64,000 nt of DNA from assembly GCA_018654745.1 (NCBI GenBank), contig JABILA010000092.1, positions 1,729 through 65,728 on the forward strand. Direction: 5' to 3'. Shown here piece after piece: positions 29,101 to 38,610 of the stretch. The DNA comes from Alphaproteobacteria bacterium. Lineage in GTDB: Bacteria; Pseudomonadota; Alphaproteobacteria; UBA2966. The notes beneath the pieces are model-generated. The model did not search any database and was not told the DNA's origin. It saw nothing but the letters and a program-made list of their open reading frames with translations. The position numbers and the translations under genes were made by a program. Each line of letters opens with the position of its first letter. Position 1 is the first letter of the stretch.

Positions 29101-29246
29101 GTAATAATATCAAGGCCAATGGTGGGGAAAAATTGCGTGTTGATTTTGAGCATTGAAAAAACACCAATGCCCAGCATGATGATCATCAGCAAATTCGAAG
29201 CGTTGCGATGCCGTGCAAACAGGGAAATGAGCTCCTTGAGAAACAT
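26112..29246 (-). CDS. RND efflux transporter permease (AcrB/AcrD/AcrF family)
   Basis: 1044 aa, 12 TM with two periplasmic loops, GIIVDDAIVVGE, RVRAVLLTSLTT, GLLPLMFE. Confidence 0.93.
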   Translation of the reverse strand: MFLKELISLFARHRNASNLLMIIMLGIGVFSMLKINTQFFPTIGLDIITISVPWSGASAEDVEGNIIAPIEPEVRFLDSVNKVSSFASEGVGTLVLEYVDGADMQSALSNVESAVARITTLPEGSERPVIARVVRYDTISRVSLSGPFSEASLKVMAKKMRDELLNLGIAKVSLTGARDEEVWVEVSPQALRRFDLSLGDIGARIASSSQDMPSGTLEGDAEMQIRSLGLAKQADTIADIEVRSLENGEKVLLSDVATISDAFEDGGIKGLRQGKQAISLLISRAEDADALEQSKIVDEYIERTRPTLPKGLELMQYNVQSELIRDRISLLLRNGAGGLVLVLAVLFLFLSGRLAFWVAVGIPTALFATMGVMLVSGQTINMISLFALIMTLGIIVDDAIVVGEHAATRRARGMKPVEAAEAGAVRMLAPVLSSSLTTIAAFMPIFMISSIIGQIISAIPFVVIAVLVASLVECFLVLPGHLREALPRVDEAPGRFRSWFDDRFAAFREGPFQRLVTLCVHYRYVTLATTVSMLIISIGIVAGGRLPFNFFPTPEADTIFANVVFAPGTPRTQTERMIRNLEAGMRRAEQKVTDGKGGLITASFAKIGQSQAADFGSVSGDHLGGIHVELVASDLRSIRTNDFLEAWRKEITPLPGIDRVSLSAPSVGPPGKEIDVRLSNGDTKALKAASEEVQALLKRLPGISDVIDDLPYGKSEVILKVTPHGKALGFTTQNVGRQVRDAFQGYIAKRFARGDEEVTVRVQLPRGEIGRGALSDLYLRGPGGVEVPLSEVVETSESRGFARIKREDGAREVSVVAEVDEAVTTSSQTIEALENSGLADIARRHGVDYTFKGKSEEEARTLGEARTGAIVGLGAIYIVLAWVFASYTRPFVVMAIIPFGIVGAIMGHLIMGYSLSMLSLISLMGLAGILVNNSIILVSTIEERIADGEDYLTAIIGGSKDRVRAVLLTSLTTIGGLLPLMFETSLQAQFIIPMAITLVFGLGVATALVLIVVPSLMAMQGDIANLRSQLLGKIRKPVLPAPAE

Positions 29247-29247
29247 G

Positions 29248-30486
29248 TCAGCGCACCTCGATTTTCATGCCTGGTCCCATTTCAGCAAATCTGGTCACGA
29301 CAATCTTCTCACCCTCGACTATCGGGCCACGTAACAATGCATCTTCACCAGCACGACCGACCACGGTTACCTTTCGAGGATCAAGACGGCCATCTTTTGC
29401 CACATATACGGTGTCGGTATGTACGGCTGTTTGGGCGACCCGGATAACTTGTTTGTAATTGAAGTCTTTCAGCGAAACTTCGACAAAGGCACCCGGACGG
29501 AGGGGTTGGTCAATCCCGGATCCTTTCAGAATGGCATATACGTCGACACCACCGCTGGCGGCCTGAATGCTGGCACCCGCACGATCCACGATGGCCTGGT
29601 ATCTGAATGTGCGATCACCTGCTCTCCAGACGACTTCAGCCTTACGACCTTTCAATCCACCACCAGCAACCAGTCTGCCATATTGGCTGCTGGATACATG
29701 GAACCTGGCCTGCATGTTGTCGGCTTCAACCAATTTCACAATCGGATCGTTCAGCGACAAACGCTTGCCAACTTCCGCGTTTTTGGTCAAGAGAAAACCG
29801 CTGAAGGGTGCCCTTAGTTTCGTCCTCGCAAGATCTCGTCTGGCCCGCCGCACCCCGACCTCCAGGCGTTTGGTTGCCGCCTTTTGTTGATCAATTTGTG
29901 CAGAAAAAGCGGTGATGTTATTCTTGCGTGTGGAAACCAGCTGGCTTTGACGGCTTTCGGCAATGCGCGAATCATCAAATCGTTTATTGGAGACAGTGCC
30001 TTTTTTTTGCAGCTTCTTGATGCGTTCGTAGTCTTTCATCGTTAGATCAAGCTGCTTCTGATCCTGTTTCAGGGATTCAATTTCCGAAGTATGGCGAGCC
30101 GTAATTTCCATCATTCGGGCCCTGGCTTCGGCGAGTTGTGCCTGACGCTCATCAAGGACGGCGCGATAATCAAAGGGGTCGATCACCAGCAACAGTTCAC
30201 CGGATTTGACCGTGCCACCTTCAACAAAGTTTTCACCTGTTCTGATCACTGGTCCAACGACCAATGCACGCAGTTCCGTTTCCCGACCAGCGACTAATTG
30301 CCCGAACAGCTTCAGATCAGGCGCATAGTCTTCAATGGCCACAGTCGTGGCGGCCACTGTCCAGATTTTTTCCCTCGCGGCCTCCGGTTTTACGACAGGA
30401 CGGGACGAAACCAGCATCGCAGCACTGGACACAGCGACTGCCAAAATCACAAAGGGAAGCAATGTCTTGATCATCTTTTTCTTCAT
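29248..30486 (-). CDS. RND periplasmic adaptor (membrane fusion protein)
   Basis: N-terminal anchor, lipoyl halves, long coiled coil, LRAPFSG, LRPGAFV; adjacent to the RND permease. Confidence 0.9.
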   Translation of the reverse strand: MKKKMIKTLLPFVILAVAVSSAAMLVSSRPVVKPEAAREKIWTVAATTVAIEDYAPDLKLFGQLVAGRETELRALVVGPVIRTGENFVEGGTVKSGELLLVIDPFDYRAVLDERQAQLAEARARMMEITARHTSEIESLKQDQKQLDLTMKDYERIKKLQKKGTVSNKRFDDSRIAESRQSQLVSTRKNNITAFSAQIDQQKAATKRLEVGVRRARRDLARTKLRAPFSGFLLTKNAEVGKRLSLNDPIVKLVEADNMQARFHVSSSQYGRLVAGGGLKGRKAEVVWRAGDRTFRYQAIVDRAGASIQAASGGVDVYAILKGSGIDQPLRPGAFVEVSLKDFNYKQVIRVAQTAVHTDTVYVAKDGRLDPRKVTVVGRAGEDALLRGPIVEGEKIVVTRFAEMGPGMKIEVR

Positions 30487-30489
30487 GTT

Positions 30490-31254
30490 TCAGCTCTCAT
30501 CAGAATTGGTGTCGTTGTCGGGCAGGCCGAGCAAACGCAAGATCGAGGTCGTTGTCAGTTTGACAACAGTGTCAGCATTGTCCGCTGAATAGGAAGACCA
30601 GCCCATGCGAGACAGAACAACTGGCCGCATGACCCCCAGCATCAACACCTGACTGGTCACGGACATTCCAAGCAGACGTACTTGCGGGTTATCTTCATCA
30701 AGATCAAGTGCTACTGCAGCCAACCTGGCGATGGCGTCTTGCACTGGATTGATATGATGTTTGATCACCTCATCAAAGGCGTCTGTTGGGTGGTGCAACT
30801 CACGCATTAGAAGCCTGATCGTTGTCACCGGAAAATCGTCTTGTACAAGGACAGTGAAAAAAGCCCTGACAAATGTTCGGATTGCTTCAGCCAGGGCCGT
30901 ACGATCCCCCCTGGTTTCCTGCAAAACAGTTTCCAGGGTGTTTATTATGGCCTGCCGACGTGGGGCAAGTTCATTAATGGCTTCGCGAATTGCTGCGACA
31001 TACAATTGATCCTTGCCACCAAAATGATAAGTAATCGCCGACAGGTTAACGCCTGCGGTCTGGGCCAGTTGACGCGTCGATATGCTGTCCGGTCCCTGTT
31101 CGGAAAACAGCGCTGTGGCGGCGACCAGAAGCTTGTCGCGCCCTTCAGCCGCATTGCCTCTGGGCGGACGCCCACGACGCATTGGTGGGTCTTTCACGTC
31201 AGGGGACGAGTTACCGTCAGTGCCATTCGGAGAGCTCACATCAAAGCCTGTCAA
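30490..31254 (-). CDS. TetR/AcrR-family regulator (CecR-like C-terminus)
   Basis: HTH LFSEQG...STRQLAQTAGVNLSAITYHFGGKDQLY; first gene of the efflux operon. Start uncertain. Confidence 0.9.
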   Translation of the reverse strand: MTGFDVSSPNGTDGNSSPDVKDPPMRRGRPPRGNAAEGRDKLLVAATALFSEQGPDSISTRQLAQTAGVNLSAITYHFGGKDQLYVAAIREAINELAPRRQAIINTLETVLQETRGDRTALAEAIRTFVRAFFTVLVQDDFPVTTIRLLMRELHHPTDAFDEVIKHHINPVQDAIARLAAVALDLDEDNPQVRLLGMSVTSQVLMLGVMRPVVLSRMGWSSYSADNADTVVKLTTTSILRLLGLPDNDTNSDES

Positions 31255-31263
31255 TTAATTAGG

Positions 31264-31275
31264 TCAATCGTTTGA
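31264..31275. promoter_or_regulatory. Candidate TetR autoregulatory operator
   Basis: Imperfect palindrome TCAA-TCGT-TTGA in an AT-rich stretch just upstream of the TetR gene. Confidence 0.3.
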
Positions 31276-31392
31276 TTAATATAATTGGATATAGAGAGGC
31301 GCAATTTCAATATCAAGTAAATTCTGATTTTTTGACCGCTGGACGGGCCAGTATCCCCCCTGTATCGTGCGCAAAATCCAGAAGGACTGCGG

Positions 31393-32559
31393 ATGCCTGA
31401 CCAGACATATTCAACAACTGCCATGATCGAACGCCTGATTGCGTTTGATACGACCAGCCGGAATTCCAACCTGGAACTGATTCATTTTGTCAGAGACTAT
31501 TTGGCCGGGCACGGTATTGAAAGCGATCTGATCCACGACGAATCCGGTCACAAAGCAAATTTGTATGCGACCATCGGCCCGGTTTGCGACGGTGGTATCG
31601 TGCTTTCAGGACATACAGATGTTGTGCCTGTTGACGGCCAGAGCTGGGATTCCTCACCTTTCACGGCACGTATCGAAGATGACCGAATCTATGGCCGTGG
31701 CACGTCGGATATGAAAAGCTTTATTGCGATCGTTTTGGCTCTGGTGCCTGAGATGAAAAACCGCAAATTCTCCATTCCCTTGCATCTGGCCTTTTCCTAT
31801 GACGAGGAAGTTGGTTGCCTCGGTGCCCATGGACTTGTGCCCAGCATCAGCATTCCGGGGGCGCGCCCCAAAGCTGCAATTGTCGGCGAACCCACCAGCA
31901 TGCGTGTGGTTAATGCCCACAAAGGTATCAATTCATTTGTCACCAAAGTCACCGGATTTGAAGCACATTCCAGTGCCACCCATCAGGGTGTAAATGCCAT
32001 TGTCTATGCCGCTGAACTAATCGGATTCCTCAATCAGCTTGCAGAAGAGTTCAAGGCCAATCCGGAACCTGACAGCCGATTTGATCCTCCCTACACATCA
32101 GTGCAAATCGGCACGATAGACGGCGGTACGGCGCTGAATATCATCCCCCGTGAATGCACATTTGTATGGGAGTTTCGGGACATCCCTGGCACGGATACCC
32201 AGGCGATCGTCGATCGGTTCAATGATTTTGCGGAAAACACTGTGTTACCCAAAATGAAACTTGTATCCGACGAAGCTGACATAAATACTCAGGTCAGAGC
32301 TAAAGTGCGTGGACTGGTTCCGGAAAATGGCTCTGCCGCAGAAACACTGGTTATGGCCCTGGCCCGCGCCAATCAAACCTATACGGCCGCCTATGGTACC
32401 GAAGCTGGCATATTTCAGGAAGCCGGCGTGCCAACCGTTGTCTGTGGCCCGGGCGACATAGCTCAGGCACACAAGCCCAACGAATTCATTGCCTTGTCAC
32501 AGATCAACGAATGCACAGATTTTCTGCGTCGCCTGATGGATCATGCAGAGGGTGCTTAA
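31393..32559 (+). CDS. argE: Acetylornithine deacetylase (M20 family)
   Basis: LSGHTDVVP, GRGTSDMK, YDEEVGC, VGEPT, YGTEAG, AHKPNE. Confidence 0.9.
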   Translation: MPDQTYSTTAMIERLIAFDTTSRNSNLELIHFVRDYLAGHGIESDLIHDESGHKANLYATIGPVCDGGIVLSGHTDVVPVDGQSWDSSPFTARIEDDRIYGRGTSDMKSFIAIVLALVPEMKNRKFSIPLHLAFSYDEEVGCLGAHGLVPSISIPGARPKAAIVGEPTSMRVVNAHKGINSFVTKVTGFEAHSSATHQGVNAIVYAAELIGFLNQLAEEFKANPEPDSRFDPPYTSVQIGTIDGGTALNIIPRECTFVWEFRDIPGTDTQAIVDRFNDFAENTVLPKMKLVSDEADINTQVRAKVRGLVPENGSAAETLVMALARANQTYTAAYGTEAGIFQEAGVPTVVCGPGDIAQAHKPNEFIALSQINECTDFLRRLMDHAEGA

Positions 32560-32571
32560 CAAGAATTAACG

Positions 32572-33255
32572 ATGAACATTCAAGACATCATACAATCCAC
32601 AGCCAACGACCAGGACCTTGAAAGACTGAAACAGCTGCCCTGCGCAGAGGATATTTTTGCAACCTTGTTGCGGGTCATTCCTTTTGAACGGCACGAAGTC
32701 ATTTCCGTTGCTGATTTGGGTTCTGCAGACGGGTTTCTGTCCGCTCTTGTATTAAGCCAGTTCCCCGAAGCACACATCACCTTGATCGAAGCCAATGAGG
32801 AGCGCCTGAATAATTCCAGGGAGCGCTTTATTGAAAATGAACACAGAATCACGTGTTTGCACAACGATTTTGCCAGATCTGATCCACCTGAAAAGTATGA
32901 TTTGATCGTTTCTGCTTTTTCGATTCACAATCTGAACGGAATCGAAAAACGGGCACTGTACCGCACACTCTATTCCCACGTACGCCCCAACGGCTTGTTT
33001 GTGATTGCAGATCGGGTCAAGGCACCGACTGAAAAATTGCAGGATAATTACCGTCACAGCTGGGCGGAGGAAAGTCTCGCTGCTGGTGCCAGCGAAGCGG
33101 ATATTTCAGAGACCCGGGCGCGCATGTTTGAAGATCACGAATCAGAAATAGAAGACCAGTTGGAGTGGATCAGAAATGCTGGATTCCGAAATGTAGACGT
33201 CTATTACAAGAATCTGATGTTTGCCGTATATGGTGGTCATCGGCCAGACTATTGA
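32572..33255 (+). CDS. Class I SAM-dependent methyltransferase (CmoA-like)
   Basis: Motif I variant VADLGSADG, YDLIVSAFSIHNL, PNGLFVIAD, W...AGF. Confidence 0.75.
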   Translation: MNIQDIIQSTANDQDLERLKQLPCAEDIFATLLRVIPFERHEVISVADLGSADGFLSALVLSQFPEAHITLIEANEERLNNSRERFIENEHRITCLHNDFARSDPPEKYDLIVSAFSIHNLNGIEKRALYRTLYSHVRPNGLFVIADRVKAPTEKLQDNYRHSWAEESLAAGASEADISETRARMFEDHESEIEDQLEWIRNAGFRNVDVYYKNLMFAVYGGHRPDY

Positions 33256-33273
33256 TGCAAGAAATTGATCTGG

Positions 33274-34305
33274 CTAGAGGTCCAGCGCTTCCCTGAATGC
33301 TGTGGGCGTGGAGCCGGTTCCGGCCCGAAAATCCCGACTAAAATGGGCGCTGTCAGAAAAGCCCGCACAAAATCCGATCAGGGCGAGTGAAGTATCTGCC
33401 TCTTGAAATAATCGACAGACTTCCTGGATACGTAATCCGCGAACCAGATTTGAGAAACTCAGATCAGCCTCACTCAGGCGGCGTTGGAAAGATCGTTCCG
33501 ACATGCCAAGTTCTCCCGCAAGTTCCCCTACTTTCCATTGGCGCAGAAAATCGGCAGACAGGCACTTTGCAGCACGAACAACGGTACTTCTGGTTTTTGA
33601 ATTGCAGTCTGCTGGTACAGGAACCGTTGTTTTAGGCTTGTCTGCAGCGATATCTTCTGGTCGGGGTTCAAAGGTTTTCCAGTATATTTTCCAGTATTTT
33701 GTGTCCAGTTCTTCTCCGCGCTTATCCGGAACGTTGAACGTACCTCCCTCATAGATCAAATACGTTTTACCATTGACCCCTGGCATCTTACACCTGAGAT
33801 CACGACAGCCAATTATTTCCAGCAAAGTAATGATCACACCGCAGATCAAAAGATTTTCAGCCGGTTGCGGTGGATTAGCGTTCGCCACTGCGTAGCGGCG
33901 ACAATCTATTTCGACAGCACCGACCCTCTTCAATTCCAGTCTGTTGGCAGAGTGGGCGTAGCCTTCCAACCGCCGCCATCCGTTAAGCAATTGATCCGGG
34001 TTGGCGGCTCTTGAGGCTGCTTGCCAAAGTGGATCAAAATCACCATCCCTCAATCCCTGACCGATAGACAACAGGGCTGCAGCGCCGACGGTGTCCAAAA
34101 TCTGATTTATCAAGTGACGTTTGTCACCCGCTGGAACAGTAGCGTTGCGCAAATTGTCGATAGGCTTCAATGGGCCTGGTAGCAGCTCGGGATAGCACCG
34201 TGCGACTTCCCGCCTGACAAGGTTAACGATACTGGCACGTGCGAAGTCTTCGATGGTGTCTCTCCCCTCTTCCTGAAAATCTTTATTGGATTTGAAGGCT
34301 ATCAT
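33274..34305 (-). CDS. AraC-family transcriptional regulator
   Basis: C-terminal HTH LAGELGMSERSFQRRL...GFSDSAHFSRDFR...TPTAFR. Likely start ATG 34305 (overlaps the upstream gene by 23 nt). Confidence 0.88.
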   Translation of the reverse strand: MIAFKSNKDFQEEGRDTIEDFARASIVNLVRREVARCYPELLPGPLKPIDNLRNATVPAGDKRHLINQILDTVGAAALLSIGQGLRDGDFDPLWQAASRAANPDQLLNGWRRLEGYAHSANRLELKRVGAVEIDCRRYAVANANPPQPAENLLICGVIITLLEIIGCRDLRCKMPGVNGKTYLIYEGGTFNVPDKRGEELDTKYWKIYWKTFEPRPEDIAADKPKTTVPVPADCNSKTRSTVVRAAKCLSADFLRQWKVGELAGELGMSERSFQRRLSEADLSFSNLVRGLRIQEVCRLFQEADTSLALIGFCAGFSDSAHFSRDFRAGTGSTPTAFREALDL

Positions 34306-36481
34306 AATCAAATGGAAGTTGCCGGGGCCGTTTACCAGTAGCTGCAAAAGCAGCGTTCGCGATGGCCGCAACAGCCGGGGCAAAGGCCGATTCACCGACA
34401 GCAACCGGTGGTGCCCCCGGCGTTTCCACAAGTTCGATGAAGGTTCGCGGGGCTTCTACATGACGCAGAACTTCATAGGAATCAAAATTCAGTTGCCCGG
34501 GTGCCCCTTCGTTGAAGGTCAGTTTTTCCTTCAGGGCCATACCACACCCCCAGATCAGGTTGCCCAACACTTGATTCTCAACCTGATCCGGATTGACCAC
34601 CAGGCCACAATCCTGGGCGCACCATAGGCTTGTCACAGAAATCTGCTCCCTCTGTTGATCAATACGAACTTCCGCCACGACCGCAACAAATGTCTGATCC
34701 TTGTATACAGCTGCAGCGACGCCTAGTCCGAGGTTCTTATCAACAGATTTTCCCCAGTCGGCCATTTTGCCAACACGACGCAAAACCTCCGACAACCGTT
34801 TGGAATTGCCGCCATTGTTTTCAAGCTGCGACAATCGAAAAGCCAGAGGGTCTTTTCCAGCAGAATAGGCAAGTTCGTCCATCGTGCTTTCTATGGCAAA
34901 CGTATTAGGGGCAGCTCCGAGGCCACGCCAGGCACCTGTCGGAATACCTGTCCGAATATCGGAATACCGCACACGCTTGTGCTCACTCACGTCATAAGGC
35001 ATGTCAGCACCTCTGGCTGTCCCTTCGTCGGCAACAAAGGCATCCAGTATTGAGGCAAAAGGAGAAGGCACCAATCCAAAGATGATGGGAGATGAGACAA
35101 AATCGTGCCGCCAGAACGCAATATGACCTGCTTCATCCAGGCCACTATCAATTGCATGAGAGAATTTTGGCTGGAAATAATTATGCTGAAATTCCGTTTC
35201 CCGATCCCATTGCACCCTGACAGGCATACCTACTCTTGCCGATAACACGGCGGCCTCTTCCGCCGGTTGACAAAGGACACGTCCACCGAACCCGCCTCCC
35301 ATACGCAGAGGATGAACAACAACTTCTTTCTGATCACGTTTCAGCAAAGCTGCGACACGGCCTCGTACAAAATAGGGGTCCTGGCAACCACACCAGATTT
35401 CCACTTCTTCTTCCCTGACCCAGGCAACGGCTGCACGTGGCTCCATAGCTGCGTGAGCCATATAGGATGTGGTGTAGTTTGCACTGGTTACAGCTATCGC
35501 TGCCTTGTCTGCCGATCGGGCGCTACCTTCATCCATAAGGGAATGTTCAAAATCTCCTCTGGTACGGTAGAGCGACACATCGAGTATATCATCCGGGATC
35601 TCATCGGGTGATGATTGCCAGGTTGTTTCAATTTTCTCAAGTGCATCTGCAAGGACAAAGGGCGATTTTGCAACGACAGCCACCAGGTCATTGGCTTCGT
35701 CGATTACAACACTGACTACACCAGGCAAAGTTTCTGCTCCTCTGTTGATCGCTTCTTTCAAAGTTGCCCCATAACGAGGAGGCCGGACGATGTCACCATA
35801 AAGCATGTCCGGCACAGCAATATCCCGGCTGTATATGGTTTGCCCCGTCACGATATTTTTGAGCTCGGGAGACTTCCAGCTCTTGCCAATTGCTCTTGAA
35901 TTTCCGTTACGATCAGCAAAACGGGGAACAACATCCGCCCGATACTCGGCGCCGATAATTCTGGCCTGATCCGGTACCAACTCGCCATAGCCAATAAAGT
36001 TTCCTGCCGCTGTGAAGCCGCCAGCTGCATCTTCGATCTGATCAAAAGGCAGGAGGACTTTATCTGCCGCCAGTTGTCGAAAATGTTCCCGCAAACCCGC
36101 TGCACCCATGGCAACAGGCCCGGAAAAGCGCGCAATACCTTCACTGCCAACCGTCATCTTGAATGGGCCAAGCTGATCGCTATCAGGGGCCAGACATTCA
36201 ATCTGATCCTGGGTAACACCAAGTTCCTCAGCGACGATCTGGCTCAACCCAATGGTCGCTCCCTGACCCATTTCCATCCGGGGGCATAGAAATCGAACAC
36301 GCCCGTCGGCAAGTATCTGAATCCATGACGAACCATCCTCATCCTTTGGGTTTGCCGTTGTTGGCAAGACCGGGATCAAGCCACTGCACGACGTAAGCGC
36401 TGTTACACCTGCGGCCAGCCATCCTGTTTTTATCAGGAACCGGCGACGGCTATGATCAAGTGTTTGAGGTGTATAAGTCAT
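34283..36481 (-). CDS. Molybdopterin-binding subunit, xanthine dehydrogenase family (IorB / aldehyde oxidoreductase-like)
   Basis: SRRRFL Tat motif, EMGQG, HAAMEP, GGGFGGR, WRGLG, E in VGESA. Start ATG 36481 overlaps the small-subunit stop (ATGA). Confidence 0.9.
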   Translation of the reverse strand: MTYTPQTLDHSRRRFLIKTGWLAAGVTALTSCSGLIPVLPTTANPKDEDGSSWIQILADGRVRFLCPRMEMGQGATIGLSQIVAEELGVTQDQIECLAPDSDQLGPFKMTVGSEGIARFSGPVAMGAAGLREHFRQLAADKVLLPFDQIEDAAGGFTAAGNFIGYGELVPDQARIIGAEYRADVVPRFADRNGNSRAIGKSWKSPELKNIVTGQTIYSRDIAVPDMLYGDIVRPPRYGATLKEAINRGAETLPGVVSVVIDEANDLVAVVAKSPFVLADALEKIETTWQSSPDEIPDDILDVSLYRTRGDFEHSLMDEGSARSADKAAIAVTSANYTTSYMAHAAMEPRAAVAWVREEEVEIWCGCQDPYFVRGRVAALLKRDQKEVVVHPLRMGGGFGGRVLCQPAEEAAVLSARVGMPVRVQWDRETEFQHNYFQPKFSHAIDSGLDEAGHIAFWRHDFVSSPIIFGLVPSPFASILDAFVADEGTARGADMPYDVSEHKRVRYSDIRTGIPTGAWRGLGAAPNTFAIESTMDELAYSAGKDPLAFRLSQLENNGGNSKRLSEVLRRVGKMADWGKSVDKNLGLGVAAAVYKDQTFVAVVAEVRIDQQREQISVTSLWCAQDCGLVVNPDQVENQVLGNLIWGCGMALKEKLTFNEGAPGQLNFDSYEVLRHVEAPRTFIELVETPGAPPVAVGESAFAPAVAAIANAAFAATGKRPRQLPFDYDSLQIQ

Positions 36482-36954
36482 GACTGGTCCTCCCGGGCCG
36501 CACGTGCAACAGCACGATGAATTCGTTCGTAAGTACCGCAACGACAAATATTACCGTTCATGCCAGCACGTATTTGATCGGCATCTGGCTGGGGCTTTTC
36601 ACGCAACAATGCTGCGGCAGTCATGATCTGACCAGGCTGGCAATAACCGCACTGGGGAACCGCTTCAGCGATCCAGGCTTTTTGTACAGGATGAAGATCA
36701 TCAGAACCGGTTTCGCCGGAAGTTCCTGCCAGACCTTCGATGGTCGTCACCTCGTGACCAACAGCATCGGCGACATTCAGCTGGCAGGCGCGCCGGGCTA
36801 TACCGTCCAGATGGATCGTACAGGCACCACACAGACCCTGCCCACAGCCATATTTTGTACCCTTCAACAGAACCTGATCGCGAATAAAATCAAGCAAGGA
36901 AATTTCGTAAAGATCTTTGGATACTGGAACCTGTTTACCATTCAGTTTTATCAT
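36478..36954 (-). CDS. (2Fe-2S)-binding small subunit (IorA-like)
   Basis: GTKYGCGQGLCGACT, QCGYCQPGQ, NICRCGTY. Likely start ATG 36954. Confidence 0.92.
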   Translation of the reverse strand: MIKLNGKQVPVSKDLYEISLLDFIRDQVLLKGTKYGCGQGLCGACTIHLDGIARRACQLNVADAVGHEVTTIEGLAGTSGETGSDDLHPVQKAWIAEAVPQCGYCQPGQIMTAAALLREKPQPDADQIRAGMNGNICRCGTYERIHRAVARAAREDQS

Positions 36955-37091
36955 TTCGTTTCTCCCGTCACTTCCGCCAGAATGCAGCGCGGATACAAAT
37001 ATATGTCGTCGGCAAGACGACAATAGGCGAGGGAGCAGAGCGCACGGTATGATGATCACGCCAAAAAATATTGAACTTGAAGTCGTGAAAT

Positions 37092-37107
37092 TGGCAATAT
37101 GTTGCCA
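37092..37107. promoter_or_regulatory. Perfect inverted repeat in the divergent iorA/DMT region, candidate operator
   Basis: TGGCAA-TATG-TTGCCA. Confidence 0.3.
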
Positions 37108-37163
37108 TTCAATACGATCCGGATTGCTACACTTCATATCGCAAACCCGTTAGACTTTGCCCA

Positions 37164-38066
37164 ATGAACACTCCGGAAATACGTGCCCACGGGCTGATGA
37201 TAATGGCTTCAGTGCTGATCGCCACATCCTTTCCTGTAGGTGCCGCGATAACAAATGACCTAGATGCGATTGTGTTGACGCTGCTCAGATTCAGTCTGGC
37301 TGCCTTGCTGTTTGCACCCCTTGTTGCCTGGCGTTACGGACTTCCATGGCCCGGTTGGCGGGGGTTGGTACGCTACAGCATCATCAGTGCCTTCATGGTC
37401 GGTTTCTTCTGGGGCATGTTCGTCGCCTTGCGCTACACGTCCGTTCTGAATACTGCGACAATTTTTACACTGGCACCTGCCATTACAGCGATCGTTTCGG
37501 CTGTGTTGTTGCGTGAACGTCTTGCGGGGGCGGCCAAACTGGCGCTGCCTGTCGGCATCGTCGGCGCAGTCTGGGTGGTTTTTCGGGGAGATCTGGATGC
37601 ACTCCTGGCTCTGGACCTTGGCAAAGGTGACGCCATATTTCTGGCTGCCATTATCTCCTTCGGGTGTTACCCGGCTGCACTAAAACTGTTACTTCGGGGG
37701 GAACCCATGGCGCGGGTGACATTCTGGACGCTGGCGACCGGTGCTGGCTGGTTGCTGTTGCTATCGTTGATCAACGCCGCACCTGTCGTGTGGGCTGACA
37801 TTCCAATGAAAGTTTACGGTGGCATCGCCTATCTAGCTGTTTTTACGACGTTAATTACGTTCTTCATTTATCAGAACAGTGTGCCTTTGATCGGCCCGAC
37901 CCGGGTGATGTCATATACCTACCTGAATCCCGCCCTGGTTCTGATCATTGGCCTGGCATTTGGCGAACCCTTGCCGCCGCTTGAAACCTATCCAGGTCTT
38001 GCCCTGATTATTGGAGCAACTTTTATCCTGCAGCGCATGCGGAACGTCTCGGCGGGAGGCAATTAG
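37164..38066 (+). CDS. DMT/EamA-family transporter
   Basis: Ten hydrophobic segments in two repeats; LRFSLAA, IGPTRVMSYTYLNP. Confidence 0.88.
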   Translation: MNTPEIRAHGLMIMASVLIATSFPVGAAITNDLDAIVLTLLRFSLAALLFAPLVAWRYGLPWPGWRGLVRYSIISAFMVGFFWGMFVALRYTSVLNTATIFTLAPAITAIVSAVLLRERLAGAAKLALPVGIVGAVWVVFRGDLDALLALDLGKGDAIFLAAIISFGCYPAALKLLLRGEPMARVTFWTLATGAGWLLLLSLINAAPVVWADIPMKVYGGIAYLAVFTTLITFFIYQNSVPLIGPTRVMSYTYLNPALVLIIGLAFGEPLPPLETYPGLALIIGATFILQRMRNVSAGGN

Positions 38067-38100
38067 GTCTTTCACTCACGACGATCATCCGGTCATCTGC

Positions 38101-38129
38101 CTGGAAATCAGGACGTATCGCACCTATAT
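38101..38129 (+). promoter_or_regulatory. Candidate RpoH-type promoter for msrB-msrA
   Basis: CTGGAA-N16-CCTATAT, one mismatch from the alphaproteobacterial RpoH consensus CTTGAA-N16-CCTATAT, 35 nt before msrB. Confidence 0.55.
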
Positions 38130-38163
38130 TTCCATGCAATGATCATTTCACGAGAGAACAGGC

Positions 38164-38610
38164 ATGGCTGAGTATCGCAAAAGCCAGGACGTCATTTCAA
38201 AACTGACGCCCGAGCAACATTATGTAACCCAGGAAAGCGGCACCGAGCGTCCAGGGACCGGGGCCTATCTCGACAACCATGCGCCGGGTATCTATGTGGA
38301 CATTGTCTCTGGAGAACCGTTATTTGCGTCATCAGACAAGTTTGACTCGCATTGCGGATGGCCAAGTTTTACCAAAGCGATAAAACCTGCTCATGTACAG
38401 GAACTGCGAGACGACACCCACGGTATGGTTCGCATCGAGGTCCGTTCGACATATGGTGACAGCCATCTAGGACACGTTTTCCCCGATGGTCCGGTTGATC
38501 GAGGTGGTTTACGTTATTGTATCAACTCGGCCTCGCTGCACTTCATTCCCAAAAGCGATATGACGGCAAAAGGTTATGGCGATTTTGTTGATCAAGTGGA
38601 GGATATCTGA
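38164..38610 (+). CDS. msrB: Peptide methionine-(R)-sulfoxide reductase
   Basis: [22 protein letters not shown]...[17 protein letters not shown]. Confidence 0.96.
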   Translation: MAEYRKSQDVISKLTPEQHYVTQESGTERPGTGAYLDNHAPGIYVDIVSGEPLFASSDKFDSHCGWPSFTKAIKPAHVQELRDDTHGMVRIEVRSTYGDSHLGHVFPDGPVDRGGLRYCINSASLHFIPKSDMTAKGYGDFVDQVEDI

